DNA of 64,000 nt from an uncultured Thermoplasmata archaeon (GTDB taxonomy: Archaea > Thermoplasmatota > Thermoplasmata > UBA10834), in assembly GCA_964568665.1 (NCBI GenBank), contig CAZMPY010000026.1:62106-126105 (forward strand), read 5' to 3'. Numbering within the stretch: the first letter of the stretch is position 1; each line of letters starts with the position of its first letter. This document shows, in pieces, positions 63,582 to 64,000 of the stretch. Both the position numbers and the translations under genes were made by a program. The notes beneath the pieces were generated by a model, which did no database searches, was not told the DNA's origin, and saw only the letters and a list, made by a program, of their open reading frames with translations.

Positions 63582-64000
63582 TCAGGCGCCCTTGACCTTC
63601 CGCACGACCCTGGTCCGCTTGGCTGCGGCCTCGTCGGAATCCTGGGCGCACTCCTGCTCGGGCGCCTTCGGCCCGGCCTTCAGGGCCCTGACGGTCCTGG
63701 TCCTCGGTGCATCCTGGGGTTCTGGGGACCTCTCTTTGAGCTTCCTGGTGGTGGGTTCCTGCCTGGGCGTCGGCACTGTCTGCGGAACGGGCTTCGCATG
63801 CGCCTGCGGCGCAGCTCTCACCGGGGGCCTGTGCTCCTCGACAGGCGGCGGTGCCGGAGGCGTCTTCACGGTCCTGACGCGCTTCGCCCGGTCATCGTCG
63901 GCGGGCATCTGGACCGGCTCATCGTGATGCTCTGGCGGCGGCGGGGGCGTGTGCTCCTCCTCGTGCGCAGGCGGCGTGGGGAGAGCGGTCTCATGCCTGT
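63582..64000 (-). CDS. C-terminal Pro/Lys/Arg-rich low-complexity tail of a gene starting beyond the window
   Basis: Open frame from the window edge: RHETALPTPPAHEEEHTPPPPPEH...RTRVVRKVKGA*. Confidence 0.6.
   Translation of the reverse strand, partial: RHETALPTPPAHEEEHTPPPPPEHHDEPVQMPADDDRAKRVRTVKTPPAPPPVEEHRPPVRAAPQAHAKPVPQTVPTPRQEPTTRKLKERSPEPQDAPRTRTVRALKAGPKAPEQECAQDSDEAAAKRTRVVRKVKGA

Overview
GC-rich archaeal chromosomal window, most consistent with Thermoplasmatota (inferred from gene content: Hjc, archaeal DnaG, thermosome, aCPSF1-psmB, Taw1, DUF835 proteins, S19e/L39e/L31e/aIF6; no methanogenesis genes seen). It is mostly housekeeping and peptide-fermentation/gluconeogenesis metabolism: two four-subunit 2-oxoacid:ferredoxin oxidoreductases, split ADP-forming acyl-CoA synthetase, FBP aldolase/phosphatase, TPI, PGM, NadA, AspRS, LeuS, RFC-L, Nre, two tRNAs and a Tad/type IV pilus locus. 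No CRISPR array, rRNA or IS element was found. The most interesting signals are mostly outside the ORF track: (1) an operon of a tandem ribbon-helix-helix regulator, an FtsZ homologue that lacks an intact T7 loop and the C-terminal domain, and a 40-aa acidic microprotein, with a phased operator array upstream; (2) a ~125-nt candidate structured RNA with its own TATA box and alternative closing helices between psmB and a CheY-like gene; (3) a canonical box C/D sRNA whose D guide fits C34 of intron-containing pre-tRNA-Met; (4) a catalytic-domain-only tyrosine recombinase next to ~1 kb of palindrome-rich non-coding DNA; (5) a LonB-type AAA+ ATPase with a Zn ribbon and no protease domain; (6) a membrane protein with PHD/RING-like Zn fingers fused to DUF835. 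All calls are from reading the sequence by eye; no searches or folding programs were run, and several start codons are my best choices.
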